IMG/VR virus record: IMGVR_UViG_3300032214_000566 | Location: 32,881-96,880 of that record | Source of the DNA: a virus | Reading direction: 5' to 3' (one strand) | Length of the DNA stretch: 64,000 nt | Shown here: positions 39,042-49,719 of the stretch, piece after piece | How positions within the stretch are numbered: position 1 is the first letter of the stretch | Layout: each line of letters begins with the position of its first letter | Program-made: the position numbers and the translations under genes | The notes under the pieces: generated by a model | Databases searched by the model: none | The model's input: the letters and a program-made list of their open reading frames with translations, nothing else | What the model was told of the DNA's origin: nothing

Positions 39042-40883
39042 TTATGAAAAGTCTACTGATGTTAAGTTTTTAACCCTAACTTTAATATTTTTAGCAGGGT
39101 ATCTTATTTGATATATTTGGTCCGGTTCGGCAAATATCGTATTATCAATAAGTTCAATCTGTTTTGTTGCGGTGTCCGTATATCTTTGTGATGTTTCAGA
39201 AGAAGAATATACACCACCAACTTTATTATAAACCCTAACATCAGAAAGAGTATTTACCCCATTAATATTTTGTATAAGTTGTTTAATTTCAGATACGTTA
39301 ACATTTTCACCCAATTCTCTTGTAGATGGTAACATGTAATTAGTAACACTATTAATTACTTCAGTTATAACCTGACTTTGAGATCCCGTAGAATTTAAAA
39401 CAATGAAAAATTCAAACTCAAGATCAATTACTTTAGCAACCTCAATAGAAATGTAATCATTAATCATTCTATATTTAGAAAGATATGTAGCTAAATTGGT
39501 TTTTAAATTATTTGATACCGTCTGAGTTAGTGCGCCTTCAGTATCAAATGATAAAATCTTAACTAATATTTTATTATTGAATTCAGTTATAGAAACTTTA
39601 GCAGGTGCTCCGAATCTACCCGGCATGTTATCTATTAGCGATTTGTAATCATTAATCGTTACCGCCCTTTTTTGTGCTGCAAAGTTAAATGTAACCATAT
39701 TTCTAACCTCCTCAACTGAAGGTTGATTGGCTCCACCTATCGCTGCGGTTACGTTATTAACTCTCATCGATTGAGTTACGTTACTATTGACAATATCAGA
39801 CGGTCCATTAACGGCAAAGTCGATAAGACCTACTTGGTTAATCGCACCAACGCCGACATTACTACCCAATCCACCACCAGTTCTGTATTGAACAAACAAA
39901 GTGGTGTTAGGTTTAACCGTCAAACCAAGTCCGATATTGTTTTGGTAATTTTGTAATTTTAAAGGAACTCCAACTGTTGTAAATTGTTTTAATTGCTCTT
40001 CAGGTGTTACGGTACCCGCACCAAATTGTATTTTTAAAAATCCTTCAGGAGTAAACTCAGTTATAAATCTATTCTCGGTTTTTAGATACCTACCAACTTT
40101 AACCCCTGCCTTATCAACCGGTTTAGTTGGGTCTTCAATAAATACGGTATCCTCAACTAAAGCATCTACTTCATACCATTTATCTGTTGATGTTTCAAAC
40201 TCAGTAAAGGATGGTGTTGCTTGGTAATTAGTCCCGTCTTTTTGAATAATAGACGTAACCCCTAAGACATTTTTTTCAGGTAAAAAAAAATTAAAAAATG
40301 GTGCAACGTCCGCAGATGTTACAACTTTTTTAAATACTTGTGTACTACCATTAACTACGATTTCTCTTTTAGTAATAATATAACTTGTTGGTGCCGAATT
40401 GTTTTCACTAAATTGTGGTATTTTTGTTCTATTAATAAACCCTTCTCTATTGAATTGTGATGAAAAATCTATATCATAAACAGTTTCAAACGTTGTACCC
40501 CCACCATTAAATTGTGCTCCCGATCTTAAAATACCCAAATAACGAGTATCTTCAGCATCACCATAAGCAGGAACAGTAATGGATATATCTATAACCGCCA
40601 CGGATGGTCTATAACCAGGTATTTTTAATCCGTAAGTTCTCGCAATATTAAAAATAGAAGACCTTTGTTGTGCATATTGTAACACAGTTTCTTGTACGCT
40701 TCTATCAATATGATAATTTAAGTTATCTCCAATAGCAGCATTTAAATCCATTAATACTGAAAAAACAGAAGCATCATTAAAATTTTGAATTAAATCAGGA
40801 TAATATTGTTGTGTATAATCTATCAGGTCCTGTCTTAGTCCCTCAAAATCTCTTTCAGTGTAAGATATTTTTCTATTTGCCAT
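39042..40883 (-). CDS. Baseplate wedge protein, T4 gp6 / baseplate J-like
   Basis: RDFEGLRQDL, QETVLQYAQQRSSIFNIARTYG, IQFGAG, AAIGGA, QKRAVTINDY. Confidence 0.9.
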   Translation of the reverse strand: MANRKISYTERDFEGLRQDLIDYTQQYYPDLIQNFNDASVFSVLMDLNAAIGDNLNYHIDRSVQETVLQYAQQRSSIFNIARTYGLKIPGYRPSVAVIDISITVPAYGDAEDTRYLGILRSGAQFNGGGTTFETVYDIDFSSQFNREGFINRTKIPQFSENNSAPTSYIITKREIVVNGSTQVFKKVVTSADVAPFFNFFLPEKNVLGVTSIIQKDGTNYQATPSFTEFETSTDKWYEVDALVEDTVFIEDPTKPVDKAGVKVGRYLKTENRFITEFTPEGFLKIQFGAGTVTPEEQLKQFTTVGVPLKLQNYQNNIGLGLTVKPNTTLFVQYRTGGGLGSNVGVGAINQVGLIDFAVNGPSDIVNSNVTQSMRVNNVTAAIGGANQPSVEEVRNMVTFNFAAQKRAVTINDYKSLIDNMPGRFGAPAKVSITEFNNKILVKILSFDTEGALTQTVSNNLKTNLATYLSKYRMINDYISIEVAKVIDLEFEFFIVLNSTGSQSQVITEVINSVTNYMLPSTRELGENVNVSEIKQLIQNINGVNTLSDVRVYNKVGGVYSSSETSQRYTDTATKQIELIDNTIFAEPDQIYQIRYPAKNIKVRVKNLTSVDFS

Positions 40884-40885
40884 TG

Positions 40886-41347
40886 TTATAAATTAATTAT
40901 TACAAATTGTCTACTTCCAAAAGCATTACTTTCGTCAATATATTCAATTTTTATTTTTGCAGTGTATTCCTCAGTATTAGCACCGGGAACTGCGTAAGTC
41001 GGTATGTCTTGTTCAGGAACTATCGGTTCACCTAAAGACTTATCACTATTTACGTATGGTTCTATTGTAATACTTTGTACTGTTAAATTTGGTATGTATG
41101 TGGTAATAGCATCCTCTATTTCCCCTCTTAGAACCCCAAACGTTTCACCATCCAAAGGTTCAAATATGAATTCATATAATCTAGTACCAAAATCAGGTAA
41201 ATAATACCTACTACCCTTTCGAGTTAGTAGTAAGTGGATTAGATTTGAACGAATCTCTTCATCCGTTTTTTCAGACAAAGAAAGATATTGTCCTTTAATA
41301 CTTTGTCTAAAAGGAAAATTTATTCCATATGTTATACCATTCGCCAT
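40886..41347 (-). CDS. Baseplate wedge protein, T4 gp25 / GPW family
   Basis: GINFPF...IRSNLIHLLLTRKGSRYYLPDFGTRLYEFIFEP. Confidence 0.92.
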   Translation of the reverse strand: MANGITYGINFPFRQSIKGQYLSLSEKTDEEIRSNLIHLLLTRKGSRYYLPDFGTRLYEFIFEPLDGETFGVLRGEIEDAITTYIPNLTVQSITIEPYVNSDKSLGEPIVPEQDIPTYAVPGANTEEYTAKIKIEYIDESNAFGSRQFVIINL

Positions 41348-41395
41348 ATTACATAAATATAGTGTCGCGATATTTCCAATAAATAGTTATGAAAT

Positions 41396-41422
41396 AAAAA
41401 ATCCCGACGTTGTGTCGGGATT
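41396..41422 (-). terminator. Rho-independent terminator after nrdA
   Basis: Stem AATCCCGAC / GTCGGGATT with a 5 nt loop, then a T-run on the minus strand. Confidence 0.85.
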
Positions 41423-41432
41423 AGTGTCGCGA

Positions 41433-43859
41433 TTAGGATGAACATCCAAAACAATCAAAGTCGCTATTGTCAGGTTTTGGTGGTAAGTTCATTGTCGAAT
41501 AATCAACTTGTGGTACTTCAACCTTTTTAGGTTTTTCTTTTTTACTCATATCAAGAGCTAAGTGTTTAGCCCCTGTGGAAATCGCCTTGGTTCTTACGTA
41601 ATAACAAAGAGTCTTTAAACCTTTCTCCCAAGAATGGAAGTGTGATGAGGTTATTTTAGACAATGTTGGGTTAGCCATGTAGATATTCATTGATTGTGAT
41701 TGGTCAATAAATGGTGCTCTGTCTGCCGCCATATCAATCAACTCTCTTTGTGAAATCTCCCAAATGGTTTTATACTTAGGAATCAAATGTTCAATTCTTT
41801 TAACTTTCTTATTGTAGTTCTTATCTTCAGTATCCAAATAGTTATTGAAATTAATATTTTGAATCGACCCTTCGTTCATAATAATTTCATTTTTCAAATC
41901 TTCAGACCAAATACCAATCTTTTCAAAGTCGTTAATTAAGTATTTGTTTACAATCATAATCTCACCACCAACAACTCTTCTGTTAAATAACGCTGAGTGT
42001 GCAGGTTCTGTCATTTCAAATGAACCGGTAATTTTAGCAGAAGACGCAACAGGCATTTGAGCAGTGAACAATGAATTACATACACCATAATCGGTTACAC
42101 TTTTCTTCAACTTATCCCAATCCCACATTCCTGAAAGTTTTGTATTATCTAATCCCCACATATCGAATTGGAATACTCCTTTATCCATTGGTGATCCTTT
42201 GAAGTGCGAGTAAGGTTCGTATTTACCATTCATACACAACTGATTACTTTCATAAATTGCTGCGTAATAGATGGTTTCAAAAATGTCTTTATTCAATTTC
42301 TTAGCATCTTCTGATGTGAAGATATAGTCCATTAAATAAAATACGTCAGCCAAACCTTGTGTACCAATAGCAATCGCTCTTTGTTCCATACCACCTTTCA
42401 ACCCTTTTTGTGTTGAATAGTTGTTGATGTCAATTACTTTGTTCAAGGCTCTAACCACTTTACGAACTTCAGTGAATAATAATTCGTGGTCAAATTTACC
42501 TCCTTGGATGAAGTTTTTCAATACAATAGAAGACAATGTACAAATTGCTGTCGTTTCTTCATCGGTATACTGATAAATCTCATTACATAAGTTAGATTGT
42601 TTAATAACACCAATATTTTGGTGGTTAGTTTTTCTGTTAGCACTATCTTTCGAACATAAATAAGGAACACCAGTTTCCACTTGTGATTCAATTACTTTAG
42701 ACCAAATGTCTTGTGCTTTAACTTTTTTACCTAACCCCATTGATACCGCTTTGTTGTAGTTTTCTTCGTATTCGTCACCATAACATTCTTGTAAAGCTTT
42801 GATACCTGCAGTTTTAATATCATTAGGACAAAACAAATACCAATCACCATTATTTTTAACGGCTCTCATGAAGTTATCAGGTAACCAAAGAGCGGTAAAT
42901 AAATCACGTGCTCTTAATTCTTCAGCACCTGTATTCTTTTTAATATCCAATAAGTCAAAAATATCTTTGTGCCAAGGTTCAAGATAAATGGCCGCAGATC
43001 CAGGTCGTCTTCCTTGTTGATTAAAGAATCTTAAAGACTCATTAACAATTTTAAGGTATTTTAATAGACCACCAGCAAATCCACCTGAACTTGATATTCT
43101 ACTTTCTTTACTTCTAATGTTAGACATTGATAATCCAATACCAGCTGCGTCGGAAGAAAATGTAGAAATGTCGTTTAAGGTATCCAATAACCCTTTTCTT
43201 GAATCTGAATTATTGTAATGTAAAACACATGACGCTAATTGAGGAACTTTAGTACCAGCATTAATCATGATTGGTGTTGCCTTTGAGATTAGTTGGTTTG
43301 ATAATGATTTGTAGTACTCAACCGCACTTACAAAATCTTCAGTTACCCATAACGCAACTCTCATATACATATGTTGTGGTCGTTCAATTACTCTCCCATT
43401 AGGTCGTTTTAACAAGTACATTTCTTGTAACGAACGCCAAGCGAAGTAATCAAAGTTATAATCGTTTTCATGATTAATAACCGCATCAATAGTATCTTCA
43501 CCATAAAGTTTAATAGTTTCGATTAACTTTTCATTAACGATACCATCTTTATATAAAACCATCATAGTTTCAGAAAAACTATCATTAGTTTCTTTATGGT
43601 ATGATGAAATAGCAACTGAAGAAGCTAAACGTGAATAATCATGATGACTACCGGTATAAGCGGCAGCAATCTCATATACAAGTTTATCTAACTCCTTAGT
43701 TGTAATCTCACCTTCAGTAGGTACTGAAGTAATTACTTTAATAAAAATCTCATCAGAGTTAACGTTCAACCCTTTGGAAGAACGCTTAACTCTATTGTAA
43801 ATTTTTTGTGGGTTAAATGAGACACTATCCCCACCTCTTTTAATTATTTTTAATGACAT
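41433..43859 (-). CDS. nrdA: Ribonucleotide reductase class Ia, alpha subunit with ATP cone
   Basis: ATP cone (IIKRGG...FNPQKI), ATP...NAG, QLASC, SNLCNEI, AQMPVASS, KTLCYY, C-terminal CxxC (CFGCSS). Confidence 0.97.
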   Translation of the reverse strand: MSLKIIKRGGDSVSFNPQKIYNRVKRSSKGLNVNSDEIFIKVITSVPTEGEITTKELDKLVYEIAAAYTGSHHDYSRLASSVAISSYHKETNDSFSETMMVLYKDGIVNEKLIETIKLYGEDTIDAVINHENDYNFDYFAWRSLQEMYLLKRPNGRVIERPQHMYMRVALWVTEDFVSAVEYYKSLSNQLISKATPIMINAGTKVPQLASCVLHYNNSDSRKGLLDTLNDISTFSSDAAGIGLSMSNIRSKESRISSSGGFAGGLLKYLKIVNESLRFFNQQGRRPGSAAIYLEPWHKDIFDLLDIKKNTGAEELRARDLFTALWLPDNFMRAVKNNGDWYLFCPNDIKTAGIKALQECYGDEYEENYNKAVSMGLGKKVKAQDIWSKVIESQVETGVPYLCSKDSANRKTNHQNIGVIKQSNLCNEIYQYTDEETTAICTLSSIVLKNFIQGGKFDHELLFTEVRKVVRALNKVIDINNYSTQKGLKGGMEQRAIAIGTQGLADVFYLMDYIFTSEDAKKLNKDIFETIYYAAIYESNQLCMNGKYEPYSHFKGSPMDKGVFQFDMWGLDNTKLSGMWDWDKLKKSVTDYGVCNSLFTAQMPVASSAKITGSFEMTEPAHSALFNRRVVGGEIMIVNKYLINDFEKIGIWSEDLKNEIIMNEGSIQNINFNNYLDTEDKNYNKKVKRIEHLIPKYKTIWEISQRELIDMAADRAPFIDQSQSMNIYMANPTLSKITSSHFHSWEKGLKTLCYYVRTKAISTGAKHLALDMSKKEKPKKVEVPQVDYSTMNLPPKPDNSDFDCFGCSS

Positions 43860-43873
43860 ATAATTTAGTTTTA

Positions 43874-44821
43874 TTAGAAATCGTCGGTAAATGTGATTGT
43901 TTCGTTTAGTTTAGCCTTTTGGTATTCCATTGTTCTTGATTCAAAGAAATTACCTTTAGTTTCAACTGCAATTTGCTCCATAAATTTGAATGGTTGTTCT
44001 ACATTGAACTCTTTACTACATCCGAATTTTACTAACAATCCATCGACTACGAACTCTAAATATTGTTTCATTAAGTTTGAATTCATACCTATCAAAGACA
44101 CCGGTAAAGATTCCGTGATGAACTCTTTTTCTATCTCAAGAGCTGATAATAATATCTGTTTGATTCTTTTTTCCGATGGTTTTTCTTCGCAATGGTTGTT
44201 TAATAAGTGGATTGCGAAATCACAATGTAAGTTCTCATCTTTAAAGATTAAAGAATTGGCGTTACATAGACCTTGCATGATTCCTCTAGATTTTAACCAG
44301 AAAATAGAACAGAACGAACCTGAAAAGAATATACCTTCAACAGCAGCAAATGCAATCAATCTTTCTTGAAACGAAGCGTTTTCAATCCAATCCAACGCCC
44401 ACTTTGCCTTTTTCTGTACCGCAGGTAATCTATCAATTGCGTGGAAACATTCATCTTTTTCCTTTGCATTATTGATGTATGTGTCGATTAATAACGAATA
44501 CATAAGTGAGTGGATATTTTCCATCGCCAATTGAAATCCATAAAAGAATTTAGCTTCGGGATATTGTACTTCACGATAGAAGTTCTCTGCTAAATTTTCG
44601 TTTACGATTCCATCTGATGCCGCGAAAAATGATAAAACGTTCTTAATGAAATACTTTTCATTATCTGTTAAATTTTCCCAATCTCTTATGTCGTTCGTCA
44701 AATCTACTTCTTCAGCCGTCCAAAAAGCCGCCTGATGCATTTTGTAATATTCCCAAATATCATTGTGTTCGATTGGGAAGATGACAAACCTATTAGGGTT
44801 TTCTACTAATATTTTTTCCAT
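43874..44821 (-). CDS. nrdB: Ribonucleotide reductase class Ia, beta subunit
   Basis: [49 protein letters not shown]. Confidence 0.97.
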   Translation of the reverse strand: MEKILVENPNRFVIFPIEHNDIWEYYKMHQAAFWTAEEVDLTNDIRDWENLTDNEKYFIKNVLSFFAASDGIVNENLAENFYREVQYPEAKFFYGFQLAMENIHSLMYSLLIDTYINNAKEKDECFHAIDRLPAVQKKAKWALDWIENASFQERLIAFAAVEGIFFSGSFCSIFWLKSRGIMQGLCNANSLIFKDENLHCDFAIHLLNNHCEEKPSEKRIKQILLSALEIEKEFITESLPVSLIGMNSNLMKQYLEFVVDGLLVKFGCSKEFNVEQPFKFMEQIAVETKGNFFESRTMEYQKAKLNETITFTDDF

Positions 44822-44843
44822 TTTGTAAATTTAATTATTTTTT

Positions 44844-46223
44844 TTAAGATTCTTGTTGTTTTTGCTTTTTCTTTTCAAGCAATTCTTTGATTCTGTTTCT
44901 ATTCCTTTCTTCTTTTTGTTCTTCCAAACCTAAGAAAGTCATACTTTGTTCTGTGTCAATTTCTAACATTCCGTTATCAAATTTACAGTTTTCAAAAACA
45001 ACCCCGTCTTTACCAATTCTTGACTTGGTAATGGCGATTGTCGCCAAATTCATCTCTTTCTGTTGTAGACTCTTAGCCACTGTGATGATTACGTGACCAA
45101 CTTGTGCTTTTTTAATAGACCCACCCATTTGGTCTGTTGTTACCACGTCTGACGAAATCGAATTACGATTTCCTTGTGTTGCTGTCCAACCAGCGATGTC
45201 CAACTCATGACACATTGCCTCAAACCCTCTCATTACCGATCCTTCACTTTTCCATTCATCACCTAACATTTTGTCAGGAACTACACAATCAATATAATCT
45301 AAAATAATCATATCAACTTTAATCCCTTCAGCAATCATCTTTCTAACTTGATTTTTGATTTGATTCATAGTTACGGTATCGGATGGGAGTTTTTTCATGA
45401 TTAATTTATTTTTCATGGTCTCCTTAATGTGTTTCACCTTTGCAGTAACGTCTTCTCTGTTTTCAGACATGTCATCAGGGTGGATTCCTGTCCAAAGTGT
45501 AAAGTGTTTTCTTTGGATAATTTTTGGGTTGTCCTCAAAAAATATTTGAAGAACGTTGTACCCTAGGTTAAATGCGTGGTTAGCAATTTTAGTAGTGAAT
45601 GTAGATTTACCCACACCTGTTGGTGCCAAAATAACACCAATTTCTCCCTTGGCTAAACCACCTTTTAATAGGTTGTCAATACCAGGCACTCCAATTGGAA
45701 TAGGGTGTCTGTAATCGTCATCCAAAACCTCATCAATGTTGAAGAACACATCGGTTGTTCCTTTGTCAGTTTCACCAACTTGAAGTGCTCCACGTACCAT
45801 TTCTTCTAACCTATCATAACTCTCGAAATCACCTTTATCGATGATTGATTGAGCTTTAGTCATTACTTTTTGGAGTTCTTGTTGTTTACAAAACTTTAGG
45901 GCTTTTTCTTGTACATAAACCGACCCATCATCTGAAACGTTCTTTACTTGTTCAAGAGTATCCAAAACACTCTTCTGAGCCATAGGAGAACTAATTTCTG
46001 ATTTTGTCAGTTGTTCAAGGGTGTTAAACGTAGGTGTGTGTTCATACTTTGAATAGTACTCCTTAATCATTTGACAAATGATACGAAAATACTGGTTGTC
46101 AAAGTAGTGTGGGTCAATAACTTCGATGATGGAATTTGAGAAATCTTTGTAAACAATAATGTTGTTTAATAATTGAATTTGAAAGGTGTTTCCTAAATAC
46201 CCGAAGTTCTTTTTGTCTGACAT
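44844..46223 (-). CDS. Replicative SF4 helicase (DnaB / T4 gp41-like)
   Basis: Walker A APTGVGKS, IILDYID, WTATQGNR, KSRIG. Confidence 0.92.
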   Translation of the reverse strand: MSDKKNFGYLGNTFQIQLLNNIIVYKDFSNSIIEVIDPHYFDNQYFRIICQMIKEYYSKYEHTPTFNTLEQLTKSEISSPMAQKSVLDTLEQVKNVSDDGSVYVQEKALKFCKQQELQKVMTKAQSIIDKGDFESYDRLEEMVRGALQVGETDKGTTDVFFNIDEVLDDDYRHPIPIGVPGIDNLLKGGLAKGEIGVILAPTGVGKSTFTTKIANHAFNLGYNVLQIFFEDNPKIIQRKHFTLWTGIHPDDMSENREDVTAKVKHIKETMKNKLIMKKLPSDTVTMNQIKNQVRKMIAEGIKVDMIILDYIDCVVPDKMLGDEWKSEGSVMRGFEAMCHELDIAGWTATQGNRNSISSDVVTTDQMGGSIKKAQVGHVIITVAKSLQQKEMNLATIAITKSRIGKDGVVFENCKFDNGMLEIDTEQSMTFLGLEEQKEERNRNRIKELLEKKKQKQQES

Positions 46224-46262
46224 AATTTAATGATTTGTTCTTTGTTTTTCTAATAAATACTA

Positions 46263-46715
46263 TTAGGCGAATGAATAATTTAGGTAGTCGTAAGATAAAT
46301 TTTTATCTGATAAAATGTCAGTCAATTCTCTTAAAATGTTTTTTATCGATGGTCGTACATCCAGCGTGTATCTTACCTTCGGTGGGTATACTTTCGCATC
46401 AATCACTCTATGACAAATTGTCTCATTTCCTAACTTTAAAATAATATTAAAGACTTCAGGTCCATCAGTATTTGATGTCTCCAAGATGCTAGGATCCTCC
46501 TCAATTTGAAAACGATTTTCCAACATATACACAACACATTTGTTTCTTAATTTGGTTTGCAACTCGGCAGATAATTCGTTAACGTAATTTAAAAGTTCAA
46601 CACTATTTTTTGCTTTAGTATTAAAACCTTTAACATTAAAAAATCTCTGTACAACGAAGTTGTTGTTTAATGTAATTAAGAATTCAACTTTAGTAACGTC
46701 GTTTTGTTCTTTCAT
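46263..46715 (-). CDS. Hypothetical protein in the replication block
   Basis: 150 aa ORF between the exonuclease and helicase genes. Confidence 0.75.
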   Translation of the reverse strand: MKEQNDVTKVEFLITLNNNFVVQRFFNVKGFNTKAKNSVELLNYVNELSAELQTKLRNKCVVYMLENRFQIEEDPSILETSNTDGPEVFNIILKLGNETICHRVIDAKVYPPKVRYTLDVRPSIKNILRELTDILSDKNLSYDYLNYSFA

Positions 46716-46725
46716 GTTTTTTGTT

Positions 46726-47733
46726 TTACTTTTTGTTTTTAAACTTTGTTTTTTCTTTTCTTGTTAACTTTAAAAATGGTTTTAAAAAATAAATCCAATT
46801 TTCATCATTCTTTGGTAGGTATTTAAACAAACCGTCTTCCATCATCATTCGGATTAGATTCTTATAACCCCTCCCGTCGGGATCCAACGACTCGGAGTAA
46901 TATGAGTTAACTAAATCTTTTCCTTCATCACTTATCAACGGTTCGCTTAAGTCAACAAGTTTTTTGTTTATCACATAAAACTCATCGCCAAATATACCTT
47001 CTTTGGTTTTACCACTTAAAAGATTCTGTAAGGCCGCGTTTCCCTTTTCCTCTTTTAATAAGTTTTCACCTTTAGATAAAATATCGGTAATTTCTACAGG
47101 TTTTTCAAGTAGCTCAGGGAAAAACTTTAGGAGAGTCTTCTCCCCCATATAGAATATCCCGTCTATATTATCCGAACCATCACCAGTAATTATCTTAAGG
47201 GTTTTAACATTATAGTGGGGAATCTCGGCTTCGTAAACCTTAATTGTATCCCCATTACCATAATATTGTTTTGTGGATGGTGAGTAAATTGTAACCTTAT
47301 CTGATATAAGTTGTGTAAGGTCTCTATCACTTGAAAAGATTGTTTTCTCTTCATCTAATGATATTTGACAGTAGTATGCGATTAAGTCATCCGCTTCAGA
47401 ATGATCTACCTCCATTTGTCTTACAAACATCTCTTCAAGATATTGTTTTACTCTTTGTTTTTGAAAGTTAAAAGAATCTCTTTTTTGTTCATTATCAGAA
47501 GACTTACGATTGAGTTTGTATTTTGGGTAGATAAGTCTTCGTTGTGAAGAACTCGTATCACTATCCCAAAATACCACAACTTTACTAAAGTTTGATTCTT
47601 CTATGAACTTTCTTAAGGTATTTAAAAAATGCCAAATACCTCCGACGTGTTGTCCTTCATTATAGAATTCTCTCACCCCGTGAAAACCAATCTTTAACAG
47701 ATTGTTTCCATCAACCAATAATGTTTTTGACAC
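46726..47733 (-). CDS. 5'-3' exonuclease / flap endonuclease (T4 RNase H-like), GTG start
   Basis: LLVDGNN, YPKYKLNR, EADDLIA, SSDRDLTQL, GDGSDNIDGI..MGEKT. Confidence 0.92.
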   Translation of the reverse strand: MSKTLLVDGNNLLKIGFHGVREFYNEGQHVGGIWHFLNTLRKFIEESNFSKVVVFWDSDTSSSQRRLIYPKYKLNRKSSDNEQKRDSFNFQKQRVKQYLEEMFVRQMEVDHSEADDLIAYYCQISLDEEKTIFSSDRDLTQLISDKVTIYSPSTKQYYGNGDTIKVYEAEIPHYNVKTLKIITGDGSDNIDGIFYMGEKTLLKFFPELLEKPVEITDILSKGENLLKEEKGNAALQNLLSGKTKEGIFGDEFYVINKKLVDLSEPLISDEGKDLVNSYYSESLDPDGRGYKNLIRMMMEDGLFKYLPKNDENWIYFLKPFLKLTRKEKTKFKNKK

Positions 47734-47754
47734 TTGTCGTCTTTTAAATTGTTA

Positions 47755-48762
47755 CTACTCTACTTCTTCTTTTTCTGCTTTCAAATCGAAGTCACCATCA
47801 ACTCCGATAATTTCTTTCCAATACTCAGCATATTCTTTTTTGTATTGTTCGATAGACGCCTTTTCTTCGGACGCTTCTTTTCCGGGTAAAAACCCATGTG
47901 GTGTTACAATGATTTTACCATCTTCAAACCCAAGTCCATTGATGTGGTTTTTCATGACCGACACCTTTGTTCTTGATGCAAACTTAACTGTACGTTTGTC
48001 TTTTGTTGCGGTAATCTTTGTAGTGCCTGCACCTTTTTGATTTCCAAATAAGAATACCAAAGATGAGTTTAACCAAATTGCCTCACCACCTTTAGCTTTA
48101 ATTTTTGGTTGACCAAAAGGATTATCAGGTAATTCCACCCAAGGTTGGTTTACAATGATAAGGGTATTTTCGTATTTTGAATCAGATTTACGTGAACCTG
48201 AAATACGTTGGTTGATTCCCATACCAATCTTGTCAGCCAAGACACTTGCATTGTGTTGTTTACCACCTTTACCTTCATAAGTCATTTTACAAGGAACCGA
48301 ACCAACTGAGTCCCACATAATACATAATGAATAATCTAAATCACCCTTTTCTTGGGCATCTAATAAACTATTAATGTAATCCGTGATTTGTTCGATGTAA
48401 TCAAAGTTGTTATTAAAGATGTAAAAACCATCCCATTCTAATTCACCCGTTTCGGTGTCAACAACTTCATCACATTCAAACCCCATTAGTTTGGCATGTT
48501 CAAATGACCATTTCTGTTCTGTAATAATAAACACAGGAAGGATTCCTTTTTTCTGTGCATCAACTGCAGTTTTAACTAACGCAGTGGTTTTTCCCGTATC
48601 CGAGTGACCCAAGAACATATTAATATGCCCCATAGCAGGACCAGGTAATCCAACAGCATCTAAAAACGGAGCACCAAGATCGAAAAATCTTTGTGGTTTA
48701 TATTTTGCAGATGTGGAAAATTTCTTCTTTAATGAACTGAAATCGTTTTTTTTAATTGCCAT
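47755..48762 (-). CDS. uvsX: RecA/UvsX-like recombinase; start set at MAIKK (48762) because the longer ORF begins inside a terminator
   Basis: Walker A GHSDTGKT, WDSVG, IIVNQ, KGGEA, KNHI. Confidence 0.88.
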   Translation of the reverse strand: MAIKKNDFSSLKKKFSTSAKYKPQRFFDLGAPFLDAVGLPGPAMGHINMFLGHSDTGKTTALVKTAVDAQKKGILPVFIITEQKWSFEHAKLMGFECDEVVDTETGELEWDGFYIFNNNFDYIEQITDYINSLLDAQEKGDLDYSLCIMWDSVGSVPCKMTYEGKGGKQHNASVLADKIGMGINQRISGSRKSDSKYENTLIIVNQPWVELPDNPFGQPKIKAKGGEAIWLNSSLVFLFGNQKGAGTTKITATKDKRTVKFASRTKVSVMKNHINGLGFEDGKIIVTPHGFLPGKEASEEKASIEQYKKEYAEYWKEIIGVDGDFDLKAEKEEVE

Positions 48763-48775
48763 ATTATTTTTTGTT

Positions 48776-48809
48776 AAAAAGATAAGCCCCATGCATCATG
48801 AGGCTTATC
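48776..48809 (-). terminator. Rho-independent terminator/attenuator between SSB and recombinase
   Basis: GATAAGCC-CCATG-CAT-CATGA-GGCTTATC hairpin followed by TTTTT on the minus strand. Confidence 0.75.
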
Positions 48810-48826
48810 ATTAATTTTTTATGAGA

Positions 48827-49684
48827 TTAGAATGGTAAATCTTCAGCCGGCTCTTCGTCAGCTTGTGGGTCTACTACAGGAACCTCTTCTTTTACATTTG
48901 CTCCACCAAGAGAAATATCAGCACTTTCACCATAAACATATTTTTTAAGTTCTGTACTCCACATTGGGGTTTCTCCGATTGCGATTGCTTCCAAATACTC
49001 AACAGGTTTTTTAGAATAAACATCATTCCATGTCAACTCATCTTCCAACCATCCACTCATGATTTCTTTATCTTCGTGAAGTAATGCCGGATCGTCGTAC
49101 ATAACTGTTTGGATAACGGTGTACTCTTTTCCTTGTGGAGTTTTAGCTTTCTTAAGTTCGATGATTAAGTCACGTCCTTTTTCAGCATCTGTGATATCAC
49201 CTTTAGCTTTCCAAATAGGAAGGATTTTATCCAAGATACCTTCGTTTTTGTAATTGTGTTTAAATCTCCAAAATTTAACACCATCTTGTTCGTTGTCACG
49301 GTCAATAACTCTAACAATGTAGAATAAACGTGAACGGTATTGTGACGCTAATTCTTTGTCTTCTTTTTTACCCGTTTGGATAAGTTCGTTATAAACTTCT
49401 GTAAGTGGGGAACGTTCGTTGTCATTTTTCTCAGGGTCGTATAATTTAACCCATTGCCCATTAACTTGGATTTCGTGGTACCAAACCTCTACAAATGGTG
49501 ATGAACCATCTTTAGTTGGTAAGATACGAACTCTACGTTGTGCAGATGTTTCGTTTTTCATTAAGATTGCGGAAAAATACTTCTTTAATCTGTCTTCTTG
49601 TGAGATACTTGTTCTCTGTGAACCACTTGGTTGTGCGTTCTTTTCGTACTGTGCAAGTACTGAATCTAATACTGAATTTGCCAT
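48827..49684 (-). CDS. Single-stranded DNA-binding protein, T4 gp32-like
   Basis: RVRILP...PFVEVWYH, VIDRD, GDITD..KGRDL, acidic C-terminus EDLPF. Confidence 0.85.
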   Translation of the reverse strand: MANSVLDSVLAQYEKNAQPSGSQRTSISQEDRLKKYFSAILMKNETSAQRRVRILPTKDGSSPFVEVWYHEIQVNGQWVKLYDPEKNDNERSPLTEVYNELIQTGKKEDKELASQYRSRLFYIVRVIDRDNEQDGVKFWRFKHNYKNEGILDKILPIWKAKGDITDAEKGRDLIIELKKAKTPQGKEYTVIQTVMYDDPALLHEDKEIMSGWLEDELTWNDVYSKKPVEYLEAIAIGETPMWSTELKKYVYGESADISLGGANVKEEVPVVDPQADEEPAEDLPF

Positions 49685-49719
49685 AAATAAATTTTAAATT
49701 ATTACTCTTTTATCTACAT

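Noticed and set aside
14743-44821. Eukaryotic giant virus origin (GT60, eukaryote-like RNR, mucin-like proteins)
   Set aside because: Bacterial promoters and terminators, overlapping operons and contractile-tail genes; this RNR type also occurs in Bacteroidota
41433-48762. Introns, inteins or homing endonucleases in nrdA/nrdB/helicase/recombinase
   Set aside because: Protein lengths and motif spacing are normal and uninterrupted
48763-48792. N-terminal extension MGLIFLTKNN of the recombinase ORF
   Set aside because: The ATG lies within a terminator hairpin; the ATG at 48762 has a typical A-rich leader
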